From: an uncultured delta proteobacterium
GTDB taxonomy: Bacteria > Myxococcota > Myxococcia > SLRQ01
DNA length: 64,000 bases
Direction of reading: 5' to 3'
Assembly: GCA_963727485.1 (NCBI GenBank)
Contig: CAVSGM010000002.1
Location: 960,001-1,024,000, forward strand
A model generated the notes under the pieces. That model saw only the letters and a list, made by a program, of their open reading frames with translations. It did no database searches and had not been told where the DNA came from. Position numbers and translations under genes: made by a program. Positions 1 through 10,441 of the stretch are shown here, in pieces (position 1 is the stretch's first letter; each line of letters begins with the position of its first letter).

Positions 1-735
1 AGCCCGTCGTAGCCGAGGTCCCGGCGAAGGAGGCCCATCACCGCCGCGCTCATGGTCGCCGGGAGGCTCGGGTCCAGGGCCTCGAGGATCACGTGGGCGG
101 TCATCATCGAGGCCACCTGGGCCTCGGCGGCGGCGCGAAACGGTGGGAGCTCCACCGCGTCGAGGCGGGCCCGGTCGTGGGCGAGGCGCGGGAGGCCCAG
201 GTGGCTGTCGACCACGGTGTCACCGTGGCCGGGGAAGTGCTTGGCGCAGGCGGCGAGGTGCGCCCCCTGCATCCCCTCGACGAAGGCCCGGGACAGGGCG
301 GCGACGGCCTCGGGATTCGGGCGCGAAGGCCCGGTCGCCGATGACCGGGTTGTCCGGGTTCGTGTCCACGTCGACCACCGGGGCGAAGTCCACGTCGAAG
401 CCCAGCGCCCGGCACTCGCGGCCCAGCAGCGCCCCCACCGCCCGGGCGTCGTCGGGAGCGGAGACCGCGCGCATGGGCGGGAGGTCGGTGGCGATGCCCT
501 TCAGGCGCGCCACCCGGCCGCCCTCCTGGTCCACCGCCACCAGCACCTTCCGGGGCGCGGCGGCGGCGCGGATCTCGGCGATGAGGGCGGCGACCTGCTC
601 GGCGGACTCGACGTTGCGCCGGAAGAGCACCGCCCCGGCGGCCCCCTCGGCCAGAAGCGCCCGGGTCTCGGCGGGCAGCGTGGTGCCCTCGAAGCCCACC
701 ACCAGGCACCGGGCCGCCGCCTCGCGCCGGTCCAT
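1..735 (-). CDS. nagZ: Beta-N-acetylhexosaminidase (GH3); runs off the window edge, one frameshift at ~316
   Basis: VAVDQEGGRV and APVVDVDTNPDNPVIGDRAF in ORF 220..735. Removing one base at 315-317 continues the frame into CAKHFPGHGDTVVDSH, the GH3 NagZ motif. Confidence 0.9.
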
Positions 736-737
736 GC

Positions 738-2147
738 TCAGTCCCCGTCCCGGACGCCGCCGAGGCGCACCAGGTCGTCCGGGCGGTAGCCCCAGTCGCC
801 GGGGATCCCGCCCACCAGGTCGTAGTCGCCGGCCTCGGTGATCTCCACCGGGACGATCGCGCCGGGCGCCGCCTCCCCGCGGTTGATGAACACCAGCCCG
901 TCGATCTCCGGGGCCTGGCCGGCGTGGCGCCCCTGGAGGAGCAGGTCGGTCTCCTCGCTCACCCCCTCCACCAGGACCTCGAGGGTCTGGCCCACCTGCG
1001 CGCGCTGCTGCTCGGCGCTGATCTTCCGCGCCAGCGCCATCAGCCGATCCCGGCGCTCGAGGGCGACGGCCTCGGGGACCTTGTCGTCCTGGGCCTGCGA
1101 GTCGGTGTCCTCCTCGTCGGAGTAGGGGAACACGCCGACGCGCTCGAAGCGCATCTCACCGACGAAGTCCATCAGCTCGGCGAAGTCGTCCTCGGTCTCC
1201 CCGGGGTGGCCGACGATGAAGGTGGTGCGGAAGGTGAGCCCGCCCTTCGCCCCGCCGACCCGCGCCCGGAAGCTCTTCACCTGGTCGCGGATGAACCTGC
1301 CGTTGGCCGGCCGGCGCATCCGCCGGAGCATCCGGTCGGAGATGTGCTGGAGCGGCATGTCGACGTAGGGGAGGATCTTCTCCTCGGAGGCCCACAGATC
1401 GAGGAAGCGCTCGGGGATCGCCCGGGGGTAGGCGTAGAGCATCCGGATCCAGCGGATCCCCTCGACCGAGGCGAGCCCGGCGAGGAGGTCGGCGAGGTGG
1501 GGCCGGCCCGGGAGGTGGTGGCCGTAGGCGGTGAGGTCCTGGGCGATGAGGTTGAGCTCCACCACCCCGCCCGCCGCCAGGCGCTCGGCCTCGGCGACGA
1601 GGTCCGCCACCGGCCGGCCCTTCTGCCCCCCGCGCAGCTTGGGGATGATGCAGAAGGCGCAGGCGTTGTCGCAGCCCTCGGAGATCTTGAGGTAGGCGCT
1701 CCCGCCCCGGGTGCTGCGGACCCGGGGGCTCGCCGCGTCGAAGGTGTAGTCGGGGTCGGGGAGGGTGGTGCGCGCCTCCACCGCCTCGGTGCGCGCGCCG
1801 AGGACCTCGGCGACCCGGAGGAACGCCCCGGTGCCCAGGAAGTGGTCGACCTCGGGGATCTCGGCGGCGAGCTCGGGCCCGTAGCGCTGGGCGAGGCAGC
1901 CGGTGACCACCAGCTTCTTCGCCGGGTCGGCGGCCTTGAGCTGGGCGAGGTCGAGGATGGCCCCGACGCTCTCCTCCTTGGCCGGGCCGATGAAGGCGCA
2001 GGTGTTCACCAGGAGCACGTCGGCGCTCTCGGCGCCCTCGGCGAGCTCGTAGCCCTGGTCCCGGAGGACCCCGAGCATCACCTCGGAGTCGACGCGGTTC
2101 TTGGGGCAGCCGAGGCTGACCAGGTGGACGGTGCGGCGCTTGTCCAT
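738..2147 (-). CDS. rimO: Ribosomal protein S12 methylthiotransferase
   Basis: SLGCPKNRVDSE N-terminus, radical-SAM CxxxCxxC (GCDNACAFC), C-terminal TRAM region with APEIDG. Confidence 0.95.
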   Translation of the reverse strand: MDKRRTVHLVSLGCPKNRVDSEVMLGVLRDQGYELAEGAESADVLLVNTCAFIGPAKEESVGAILDLAQLKAADPAKKLVVTGCLAQRYGPELAAEIPEVDHFLGTGAFLRVAEVLGARTEAVEARTTLPDPDYTFDAASPRVRSTRGGSAYLKISEGCDNACAFCIIPKLRGGQKGRPVADLVAEAERLAAGGVVELNLIAQDLTAYGHHLPGRPHLADLLAGLASVEGIRWIRMLYAYPRAIPERFLDLWASEEKILPYVDMPLQHISDRMLRRMRRPANGRFIRDQVKSFRARVGGAKGGLTFRTTFIVGHPGETEDDFAELMDFVGEMRFERVGVFPYSDEEDTDSQAQDDKVPEAVALERRDRLMALARKISAEQQRAQVGQTLEVLVEGVSEETDLLLQGRHAGQAPEIDGLVFINRGEAAPGAIVPVEITEAGDYDLVGGIPGDWGYRPDDLVRLGGVRDGD

Positions 2148-2155
2148 CGTTGGCG

Positions 2156-2641
2156 TCAGTCGCGGAAGTTCAGGTACTGCATGGCGATGCCCAGGTCCGC
2201 GCCCTTGACCGCCTGGATCGCCGACTGGAGGTCGTCGCGCTTCTTGCCGGTCACCCGCACCGTGTCGCCCTGGATCGACGCCTGGACCTTGAGCTTCTGG
2301 TCCTTGAGCAGCTTGATGATCTTCTTGGCGGCGTCCTGGGGGATGCCCTCCTGGGTGGTCACCACCTGGCGCTGGGTCTTGCCCCCGGCGGGCTCGATGT
2401 GGCCGCGGGTGAAGGCCTCGAGGGGCAGGCCCCGGCGGACCAGCTTGCTCGCCAGGACGTCCCAGGCGGCGTCGACCCGGCCCTCGCTCTCCGAGCGCAG
2501 GACGATCCCGGCGTCGGTCTTCTCGACCTCGGTGCCGGTGCCCTTGAAGTCGAAGCGCTGGGCGATCTCCTTGCGCGCCTGGTCGAGGGCGTTGTCGAGC
2601 TCCTGGGCGTCGATCTTGGAGACGATGTCGAAGGACGGCAT
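2156..2641 (-). CDS. yajQ: YajQ family nucleotide/c-di-GMP-binding protein
   Basis: MPSFDIVSK...RFDFKG...VRVTGKKRDDLQ...NFRD, 161 aa. Confidence 0.95.
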   Translation of the reverse strand: MPSFDIVSKIDAQELDNALDQARKEIAQRFDFKGTGTEVEKTDAGIVLRSESEGRVDAAWDVLASKLVRRGLPLEAFTRGHIEPAGGKTQRQVVTTQEGIPQDAAKKIIKLLKDQKLKVQASIQGDTVRVTGKKRDDLQSAIQAVKGADLGIAMQYLNFRD

Positions 2642-2656
2642 AGAGGGGGATTCTAC

Positions 2657-2690
2657 GACAAAGGGCGCCCGGCGTCGAGCCGGGCGCCCT
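2657..2690 (-). terminator. Putative intrinsic terminator after the amidase gene
   Basis: Perfect 12-bp stem AGGGCGCCCGGC (2662-2673) / GCCGGGCGCCCT (2679-2690) with a 5-nt loop, followed by a short T-rich tail on the minus strand. Confidence 0.55.
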
Positions 2691-2714
2691 GGAGACGGCC
2701 CCTGGAGGAGGCGC

Positions 2715-5253
2715 CTACTGCACGGTGAAGGGCTGCATGGTGCCGCCGCCCTGGGGGTTGACCCCGTCGGGCACGGCCTCGACCCGCCACTCCCAGATGC
2801 CGGAGGCGAGGTTCACCTTGAAGTCCTGGGAGATCTCGCCGCTGGCGCCGGCGGCGACGGTGAAGTCGTAGAAGCCCACGTCGTTGTGCTGGTAGATCTC
2901 GATGTAGTAGCTGAAGTGCTTGCCCCCCATCTGGGCGCTGGTCACGGCCTTCCAGGTGAAGGTGGGGTCGGCGCCGGTGGTGGCGTCCTTCGCCGGGGAG
3001 ACCAGGACCGCGTCGACGATGCCGTCGGCGCCCCCGGTGCCGCCCTTGGTCAGACCCACCGAGCCCCACACGGTCCGGCCGGCGGCGACGGTGCGCTTGA
3101 CCGACCCGGGCGCGTAGCCCCCGGCGGCGGCGGAGACGGTGACCGCGCCGGTGGGGACCCCGGTGATTCTTGTAGACCCCGTGATCGTCGGCGACGGCGC
3201 TCTGGCCGCTGGAGAGGGTCACGTGGGCGCCGGCGAGGCGGTGACCGAGGTTCCCCTTCTCATAGATGACGCCGATGAGGGTCCCGGTCTGGCCGGCCTG
3301 GGCACGGGTGAGCCCCACCGAGCTCCACACCACGCCCCCGGCGGCCACCGGCCGCTGCCGGTACCCGGTCTTGTAGCCCGAGGCCGCGGCGGTCACCTGC
3401 CAGTTGCCCGGGGCCACCTTGAACTCGAAGTAGCCGTCGGAGCCGGTGGTCACCGTGGCGCCGTTGGCGAGGGTCACCCGGGCCCCGGAGATCCGCCGCG
3501 AGGGGTTGGGGTACGCGTAGACCACGCCCTTGACGGTGGCCGAGCCGGTGGCGGTCTTCTTGTGGAGCCCGACCCCCGCCCACACGGTCTGGTTGGCCCG
3601 GACCTGGCGGGTGGCGGAGCCGGAGACGTAGCCGGACTTGGAGGCGGTCACGGTGTAGGTGCCCGGGGTCACCTCGAAGCGGAAGTGGCCGTTGGCGTCG
3701 GTGGTGGTGCTCTTGCCGCCGGAGAGGGTCACCCGGGCGCCGGAGATCCGGTTGGCGGCGCTGGGCGAGCGGTAGACCACGCCGGTGAGGAAGCCGTGGG
3801 TGAGCTGGGCGGCGCGCTTGAGGCCCACCGAGCCCCAGGTGTTCCCGCCGGCGGGCAGCTGCCGGCTGACGCGGCCGGTCTGGTAGCCGCTGTCCGAGGC
3901 GCTGACGGTGTAGGTCCCGGCGGGGAGCTTCACGCTGTAGTAGCCGTTGCCGTCGGTGTAGACGGTGTGCCCGCCCACGGTGACCTTGGCGCCGGAGAGG
4001 CGGTGGCTCGAGCTGGGGGCGGCGTAGACGATGCCCTGCATCAGGCCGGTGCCGCCGCCGGAGCCGCCGCTGGAGCCGCCGCTGGAGCCGCCGCCGGCAG
4101 CCGCCGGAGCCGCCGCTGCCGCCGCCGGTGGAGCCGCCGGAGCCACCCTTGCCGCAGTCCTGGCGCACCAGGTCCATGTAGTGCGACCAGTTCCAGTGGG
4201 GCCCCGGGTCGCGGTGGGTGCTGGTGGGCACCTGGTAGTGGCCGATGATGTGGGTCCGGTCGATGGGGATGCCGTAGCGCTGGGTGATGTGGCACACCAG
4301 CTTCGCCGAGGCGCGGTACATGGCCTCGGTGTAGTAGCCGGTCCGGAAGGCGTAGCCCTCGTGCTCGATGCCGATGGCGTAGCAGTTGGCCACGGTGGCG
4401 TGCCACGCCTTGTCCCGCTCGTGGACCATCTGGGTGATCTGGCCGTCCTTGTCGCGGATGACGTAGTGGGCCGAGACGTTGGAGCGGGGGTTGCGGAACC
4501 AGGAGATGGCGCCGTAGTAGCTGCCCTCGATGTCGTGGATGACGACCTTGCTGATCTTGCAGTTGCGGCCGCGGGTGTAGTTCGAGGGGTCGGCGGGGAG
4601 GAACTGGTAGACGGTGGGATCGTCGCCGGAGAGGGCCTGGGACAGGGCCCCGGAGCCGGTGCCGGTCCCGGTGGTGTCGCTGGCGGCGCCGGGGTCGGTG
4701 CCGGGCAGCTCGAGGCTCTCGCCGTCGTCGAGGGTGGCGCCGGCGCCCTGCTGGATGGTCTGGAGGACGTCATCGGCGTAGGCGGCGGCGACGTCCGGGT
4801 CGTAGCCGGAGTACTGGGCGATGACGTCGCGCCAGTCGGCGGGGTCGGTCTTGGCCTGCCACCCGTCGCCGAGGGTCTGCTGGGCGTACTCGGCGAGGAT
4901 CGCCGCGGCGCCGGAGATGTTGCCGGCGACGTCGCGCTCCAGGAGGTTCTGGCTGTCCCCGGTGATCGCCGCGGCCTCGTTCAGGCTCCCGCCCTCGCCG
5001 AGGCCCATGATGCCCCACCTCGGCTGGGTCGGGGCGCCGGCCTCGGGGACCTGCATGGTCCACCGGCTCTCCACCCAGCCGATGCCCATGAGGACGTCGA
5101 GGGGCACCCCGGACTCGGAGGCGGCGTTCTGGAACGCCTGGGCCACCGGGCCGTCGTTGTGCTGGGCCGCCGGGCCGGCGCCGCAGGCCGAAAGGCCGAG
5201 GATGAGGCCCGCGGTGAGGACGGTGGCGAGGGTCTTTGGGTCTGGGTACGCAT
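2715..5253 (-). CDS. Lipoprotein: lysozyme/transglycosylase-like domain + Amidase_2 N-acetylmuramoyl-L-alanine amidase + Gly/Ser linker + 4 carboxypeptidase-regulatory-like repeats + C-terminal beta domain; frameshifts at ~5240, ~4100, ~3167
   Basis: GGAGG RBS before ATG 5253; lipobox LSAC; GWVESRW...GIMGL...NISGAA; VVIHDIEG...SAHYVI...AWHA...GIEHEG...GHYQV...DPGPHWNW; repeats each ending WGSVGL or similar. Pieces lie in ORFs 3260..6160, 2653..4773 and 2715..3071. Confidence 0.8.
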
Positions 5254-5292
5254 CGGCTGCCTCCAGGGTCGTCGAGTCGTGGCTCCCGGTAG

Positions 5293-5309
5293 TGCAGTGC
5301 CGGTGCCGA
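5293..5309 (-). promoter_or_regulatory. Sigma54 (-24/-12) promoter candidate
   Basis: Minus strand TCGGCACCGGCACTGCA has exact GG-N10-GC spacing, 40 bp upstream of ATG 5253. Confidence 0.65.
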
Positions 5310-5510
5310 CCCGGGGCCCAGGGGCGGCATTCGCCGTATTCGTCCGTTATTTCATTGTCTTGCGTCCACATCCCGAGACCCGTGTGTAATGAGCTGTTAC
5401 GTTGAACTGTCCTCATCGGGATCGGATCCGGCGTCGGGATCGAGGACGATCGGCCCGGATCCCCCCGACCCGGGGACCGCCCGGGCGCCGCCGGGCCCCG
5501 GGCGCGGACT

Positions 5511-5539
5511 TTGACCGTCCCGGGCCCCCGCTGTACAAT
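5511..5539 (+). promoter_or_regulatory. Sigma70-type promoter
   Basis: TTGACC-N17-TACAAT, followed by a GGAGG RBS and GTG 5564. Confidence 0.75.
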
Positions 5540-5563
5540 CCCCGGACACCTGGGAGGCACTCC

Positions 5564-6439
5564 GTGGCACGCAAGAAGCTGGGCGAGATCCTCATCGAGC
5601 GCGGGATCATCGACGAGGACCAGCTCAACTCGGCGCTCGCCTACCAGCGGGCCTGGGGCCACCGGCTGGGCTCGGCGCTCCTGGCCAAGGGCTTCGTCAC
5701 CGAGGGCCAGCTCACCCGGGTCCTCGGCGAGGAGCTGAGCATCCCGGTGGTCGACCTCTCGGAGACCGAGCCCGACTGGGACGCCATCCGCCTCCTCGAC
5801 GCCCGGTTCTGCGAGGCCCACGAGCTCTTCCCGGTGGCCCTCGACGAGAACCGGGGCCGCCGGCGCCTCACCTGCGCCATGGCCGACCCCCTCAACGTCG
5901 CCGCCCTCGACGAGATCGAGTTCACCACCGGCTGCAAGGTCAAGGCGGTGCTGGCGCCGATCTCCCAGATCCACAGCGCCATCCGCCGCTACCACCACCG
6001 GCAGCGCACGGTGATCCGCAAGGTCCCAGACCGGCCGCCGACGCGCCGGGGCACCGGCGCCCCCGAGGAGGCGCAGATGGTCCTGGTGCGCCCCGGGGGC
6101 GGCGAGGAGCGGGTGGACACCAGCGCCCGGGAGAAGACCGATCCCCACGCCGGGCCCCACCTGGTCGACGACGCCGACGTGGTGCTCCTCACCGACGAGG
6201 TCACCAAGCGCACCGAGCTCGCCGAGATCATCCGCCAGCGCGAGGCGCGGGCGAAGACCCGGGCGCGGCAGGCGGGCCCGGCCCAGGACGACCTCGACTT
6301 CCTCCTCGGGGTCAGCACCCAGGACCAGGTGCGCCTCGAGCAGCTCGAGCGCCGGTTCTGGACCCTGATGCGCCTGCTCGCCAAGAAGGGCCTCCTCGAC
6401 AAGGAGGCCTACCTCCGCGAGTTCGAGGGCGACGAGTAG
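5564..6439 (+). CDS. Stand-alone MshEN (T2SSE N-terminal) domain protein, no ATPase domain
   Basis: KLGEILIERGIIDEDQLNSALAYQ-x5-RLGSALLAKG..., AMADPLN; no Walker A motif. Confidence 0.85.
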   Translation: MARKKLGEILIERGIIDEDQLNSALAYQRAWGHRLGSALLAKGFVTEGQLTRVLGEELSIPVVDLSETEPDWDAIRLLDARFCEAHELFPVALDENRGRRRLTCAMADPLNVAALDEIEFTTGCKVKAVLAPISQIHSAIRRYHHRQRTVIRKVPDRPPTRRGTGAPEEAQMVLVRPGGGEERVDTSAREKTDPHAGPHLVDDADVVLLTDEVTKRTELAEIIRQREARAKTRARQAGPAQDDLDFLLGVSTQDQVRLEQLERRFWTLMRLLAKKGLLDKEAYLREFEGDE

Positions 6440-6454
6440 CCGCCGACCCCGGCG

Positions 6455-8377
6455 CTACCGCCGCCCCAACCCGTCCACCGGCAGGCGGATGGTGAAGGTG
6501 GTCCCGGTGCCCTGGACGCTGTCCACGGCGATGGACCCCCCGTGGCCGTGGATGATCCCCTGGACGATGGAGAGCCCGAGCCCGGTGCCCTTCCCCGGGG
6601 CCTTGGTGGAGAAGAAGGGATTGAAGATCCGCTCCGCCACCTCCGGGGGCATCCCGTGGCCGTCGTCGCTGATCGCCACCTCCACGAAGCCCTCGCCGTC
6701 GGCGCCGCCGGTGAGCCGGAGGTGCCCGCCCGAGGGGAGGGCGTGGCAGGCGTTGGTGATGAGGTTGACGAAGACCTGCTGGAGCTTGCCCCGGTTGGCC
6801 ATCACCGTGGGCATCTGCCCCTCGAAGCGCTGGTCCACCTCCACCTTGCGCTCGTTGATCACGTGCTCGCACAGGTGCACCGACTCGGCGACCACCGCCT
6901 CCACCGCGAGGCGGGTCAGCCGCTCCTCGGTGGGCCGGGCGTAGGCCACCAGGCTCTGGGTGAAGCGCAGGATCCGGTCGGAGCTCTCGAGGATCCGCCC
7001 GGCCTTCTCCACGTCGGAGCCGGTGCCCACCTCGCCGAGGCGGTCCCGGAGGAACTCGGCATAGACGGTGATGCTGGTCAAAGGGTTGTTCAGCTCGTGG
7101 ACCACCGCCGCGGCGAACTGCCCCAGGCTCGCCAGCTTCTCCGCCTGGATCACCTGGCGCTCGAGCTCCCAGAGGCGGGTGAGGTCGTTGCCGGTGGCCA
7201 CGATGCTCTCCACCGCCCCGTCGGCGCCGTAGACGGTGGCGGTGTTGAACGCCGCCCGGATCTTCCGGCCGTCGTTGGCGAGGATGGTGACCTCGACGTT
7301 GTCGACGCTGCGGCCCTTGAGGCTCGCCGCCACCACCCGGGTGAGCCGGGGCCGGTCCTCGGGGGCGACCAGCTCCACGAAGCCCTTGCCCAGCACCTCC
7401 TCCCGGGAGAAGCCGGAGAGGGCCTGGCAGGCGCGGTTGAACACGGTGATCGCCCCCTGGCGATCGATGACCACGATGAGGGCGTTGGCGTCGTCGACCA
7501 GCTTCTCCAGGTAGCCGCGCAGGTACCGGGCCTCGGAGAGGAGCTTGGCGTTTCGCAGGGAGACCGAGAGCTGGTTGGCCAGGGCGATGAGCAGGCGCTC
7601 GTCGGCCTCGGCGTCGTGGAACTGCACCTCCTGGCCCTCGAGGTTGAGCATCCCGAAGAGCTGGTTCCCGGCGACCAGCGGCACCCCCAGGCCCGCCTGG
7701 GAGCCCTCGAAGATCCGGTGGTAGCCGGCGCGGACCCGCACCGCCTCGCTCTGAAGGACCTTGGGCGGCAGGCGGGTCTTGGCCACCGCCGAGCGCTTGA
7801 GGGTGAGGCGGTCGCGCTCCTCGGGGATCAGGGTGCCCTCGGCGTAGAGGCTGGTGAGGTGCATGCTCTTGGGGTCGACCACCCGGATGCAGAAGGGCCG
7901 GCTGGGGAAGAGCTCGCGCAGGCCCTGGGCCACCACGCCCACCAGGTCCTCCTCGGCCATCAGCAACGAGAGCAGCCGGCCGATGGAGAACACCCGGCCC
8001 TGGTCCTCGAGGGCGTGCATCGCCTGGGCGAGGCGGGCGCCCTCGAGGCCGGCGTCGAGGGTGACCACCGTGTGGTCCCCGCCGTCGGAGAGGTTGGCCA
8101 TCGCCGCCCGGCCCCCGGGGAGGGTGACCGGCAGGTGGCCCTCGAGGTCCCGGATGTCGGTGATCGGGGGATTGGCCACCAGCAGCTCGCCCAGGGGCAC
8201 GCCGATGAGGGCGCCCTCGGTCTGGGCCCCGACCCGGATCCCGAAGGCGCGGTTGGCGGCGGCCACCCGCTGGTCGGGGCCCACCAGGGCCGCCGGCGTG
8301 TCCGAGCGCTCGAAGAAGCGCCAGAGGGCGTCGACGAGGGGGGCCTCCCCGGCTTGTCGCGCGGCGTTCTTCTGCAT
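6455..8377 (-). CDS. Cytoplasmic PAS-like/GAF/PAS sensor histidine kinase
   Basis: C-terminal part of ORF 6455..10726 from MQKNAARQ; HELNNPL H-box, QVFVNLITNA, DDGHGM, FNPFFSTK, GTGLGL. Confidence 0.9.
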   Translation of the reverse strand: MQKNAARQAGEAPLVDALWRFFERSDTPAALVGPDQRVAAANRAFGIRVGAQTEGALIGVPLGELLVANPPITDIRDLEGHLPVTLPGGRAAMANLSDGGDHTVVTLDAGLEGARLAQAMHALEDQGRVFSIGRLLSLLMAEEDLVGVVAQGLRELFPSRPFCIRVVDPKSMHLTSLYAEGTLIPEERDRLTLKRSAVAKTRLPPKVLQSEAVRVRAGYHRIFEGSQAGLGVPLVAGNQLFGMLNLEGQEVQFHDAEADERLLIALANQLSVSLRNAKLLSEARYLRGYLEKLVDDANALIVVIDRQGAITVFNRACQALSGFSREEVLGKGFVELVAPEDRPRLTRVVAASLKGRSVDNVEVTILANDGRKIRAAFNTATVYGADGAVESIVATGNDLTRLWELERQVIQAEKLASLGQFAAAVVHELNNPLTSITVYAEFLRDRLGEVGTGSDVEKAGRILESSDRILRFTQSLVAYARPTEERLTRLAVEAVVAESVHLCEHVINERKVEVDQRFEGQMPTVMANRGKLQQVFVNLITNACHALPSGGHLRLTGGADGEGFVEVAISDDGHGMPPEVAERIFNPFFSTKAPGKGTGLGLSIVQGIIHGHGGSIAVDSVQGTGTTFTIRLPVDGLGRR

Positions 8378-8412
8378 GTCCCGGCTCTCCTCCTCCCCCG
8401 CGATGCCCGTGC

Positions 8413-10441
8413 TCAGGTGTCGTGTCCGTCGTCCGTCGACCGGTCGAGATCCACGATCCGCGTGTTGCCCAGGTATTCCTTGGTCTCGTAGCGGGTGATG
8501 CGGCCGATCTTCCGGACGATCTCCGCCATCCGCTCGCTCTCCCGGAAGATGATGTCCGCGGCCCGATGGTTGCCGTCGTCGGGGGCGATGCGCCGGCGCA
8601 GGAGCTCGGCGTAGCCCATGACGCTGGTGAGCGGCTGGTTGAGCTCGTGGGCCGCGGTCCCGGCGAGCTCGGCGATCATCGCCTGCTTCTCGGTGCGCAG
8701 GAGCTTGTCCTGGGCCCGGGAGAGCTTGCGCTCGATGCGCAGCCGCTCCCGGAGGTCGGTGAAGATGCCCATGGTGGCCACCTCCCGGCCGTGCTCGTAG
8801 AGGATCGCCGCCGAGAGGCTCACCGGGATCCGCTCGCCCTCCCGGGAGACGATGTCGATGCGCATCTTCTCCACCCGCCCCGGGCCGCCGTTCTCCTCGG
8901 AGCGGAGCATCCGCATCACCTCGTAGGCGCCGCCGTCGGGGTAGAGGGCCCGGACGTTCAGGCTCCCCACCGCCTCGCCCGAGGGGTGGCCGGTGACGCC
9001 TTCGGCGGTCTTGTTCCAGAGGAGGACCTTGCCGGTCATGTCCGAGGCGACGATGGCGTCGGCCGACGAGTCGATGAGGTTCTCCAGGAAGTGGGTGGTC
9101 TGGCGCAGCTCCTCCTCGACCCGCCGGGCCTCGGTGACGTCCCGGAAGCTCACCACCGCCCCGCTCCGGCCCAGCGGCGAGGCCCCCACCGAGAGGATCC
9201 GCGACCCGCCCTGGGCGGTGACCGCGACCTCCACCCCCCCGGGCTCGTGGCGCCGATCGAGGCGCTCGGCGAGGCGCTCGAGGCGGGCGCGGTCGGCGGG
9301 GTCGGCGGCGAGGTCCTGGAGCCGGCGGCCCTCGAGGCTGCCCAGGGCGGCGAGGGAGGTCTGGGCCGCGGGGTTCGCCGCCCGGATGGCGCCGTCGGGG
9401 TCGACCAGGAGGATGCCCTCGGAGACGTGCTCGTAGAGATCGGCGAAGCGCTTGAGGTCCTCGAGCTTGCGCTCGGCGCGGAGGCGCTGCACCGCCGCGC
9501 GCTTCGACTCGTCGCGCATGGTCTGGAAGAGCCGGGCGTTGCGCAGGGAGACGGCGGTGGCGTGGGCCACGGCGCTGGCGAAGTCGACCTCCCGGCGGCT
9601 GAAGTGCCCGTGGCTCTCGCTCGCCCGGAGGAAGAGCACCCCGAGGACGTCGTCCTCGAAGACCAGGGGGAAGAGCGCGATGGCCCCGACGCCCTGGGCC
9701 TGGAGGGTCTCGCGGACCTCCTCGAGGAGCGGGATGATTGGTGGCGTGGTCGATGACCAGGGGCTCCCGGCGCTCGAGGACCGCCTCGATCTCCGGGTAG
9801 CCGGCCAGATCGATCTCCAGGTCCCGGAGGGTCTTGTCGTCGCTCGCCGCCATCACCACCCCGCGCCGGGCCGGGGCGTCGACCAGGACCAGGGAGCACC
9901 GGGGGACGGCGATGGCCTCGGCCAGCCCGTGGACCAGGTCGAAGAGGATCGAGCCCACGTCGAGGGTGGAGGCGAAGCGCCGGGTGAGGTCGAGGAGGCG
10001 CTGGAGGTCGGCGGCCTGGTGGGTGAGCTCGGCGTGCATCGAGGCCACGCGGAGCAGGTTCTTCACCCGAACCATGATCTCGTGGGGCAGGAGCGGGGGG
10101 CGCATGAAGTCGTCGACCCCGGCGTCGGCGGCGTCGGCGAAGATCCGGTCGTCCTCGGGGGTGAGCAGGGCGAGGATGGGGATGTCGGCGGTCGCGGGCC
10201 GGGCCCGGAGCGCCCGGCAGAGGTCGAGGGCCCCGCCCTCGAGGCAGAGGTCGAGGATCACCAGCTTCGGCCGGGGCTCGGCCTCGAGGAGGCCCTTCGC
10301 CCCGGCGACGTCCGAGGCCGACCCCAGGGCATACCCCTGCGACACGAGCACCGACTGGAGCTGCTGTCGCCAGGGGGCGCTGCCGGTGAGAAGCAGGATC
10401 CGCTCGGCAGGGGCGTCACTCAACGCGCTGGAGCATATCAC
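8413..10441 (-). CDS. Degenerate receiver-GAF-PAS-PAS-HisKA protein lacking the ATPase domain; frameshift at ~9732; start 10441 (GTG) or 10423 (TTG)
   Basis: REC-like N-terminus (PKLVILDL...DIPILAL...GVDDFMRPP), GAF, PAS domains, AHELNQPL, then a stop about 70 aa later. Removing one base near 9732 joins the two ORFs. Confidence 0.8.

Noticed and set aside
4050..4150. GCCGCCGCTGGA tandem repeats as a regulatory or mobile element
   Set aside because: They encode the Gly/Ser linker of the amidase.
5254..5460. Riboswitch (e.g. c-di-AMP) ahead of the cell-wall hydrolase
   Set aside because: No recognisable conserved riboswitch motifs; a sigma54 promoter close to the start explains the region better.
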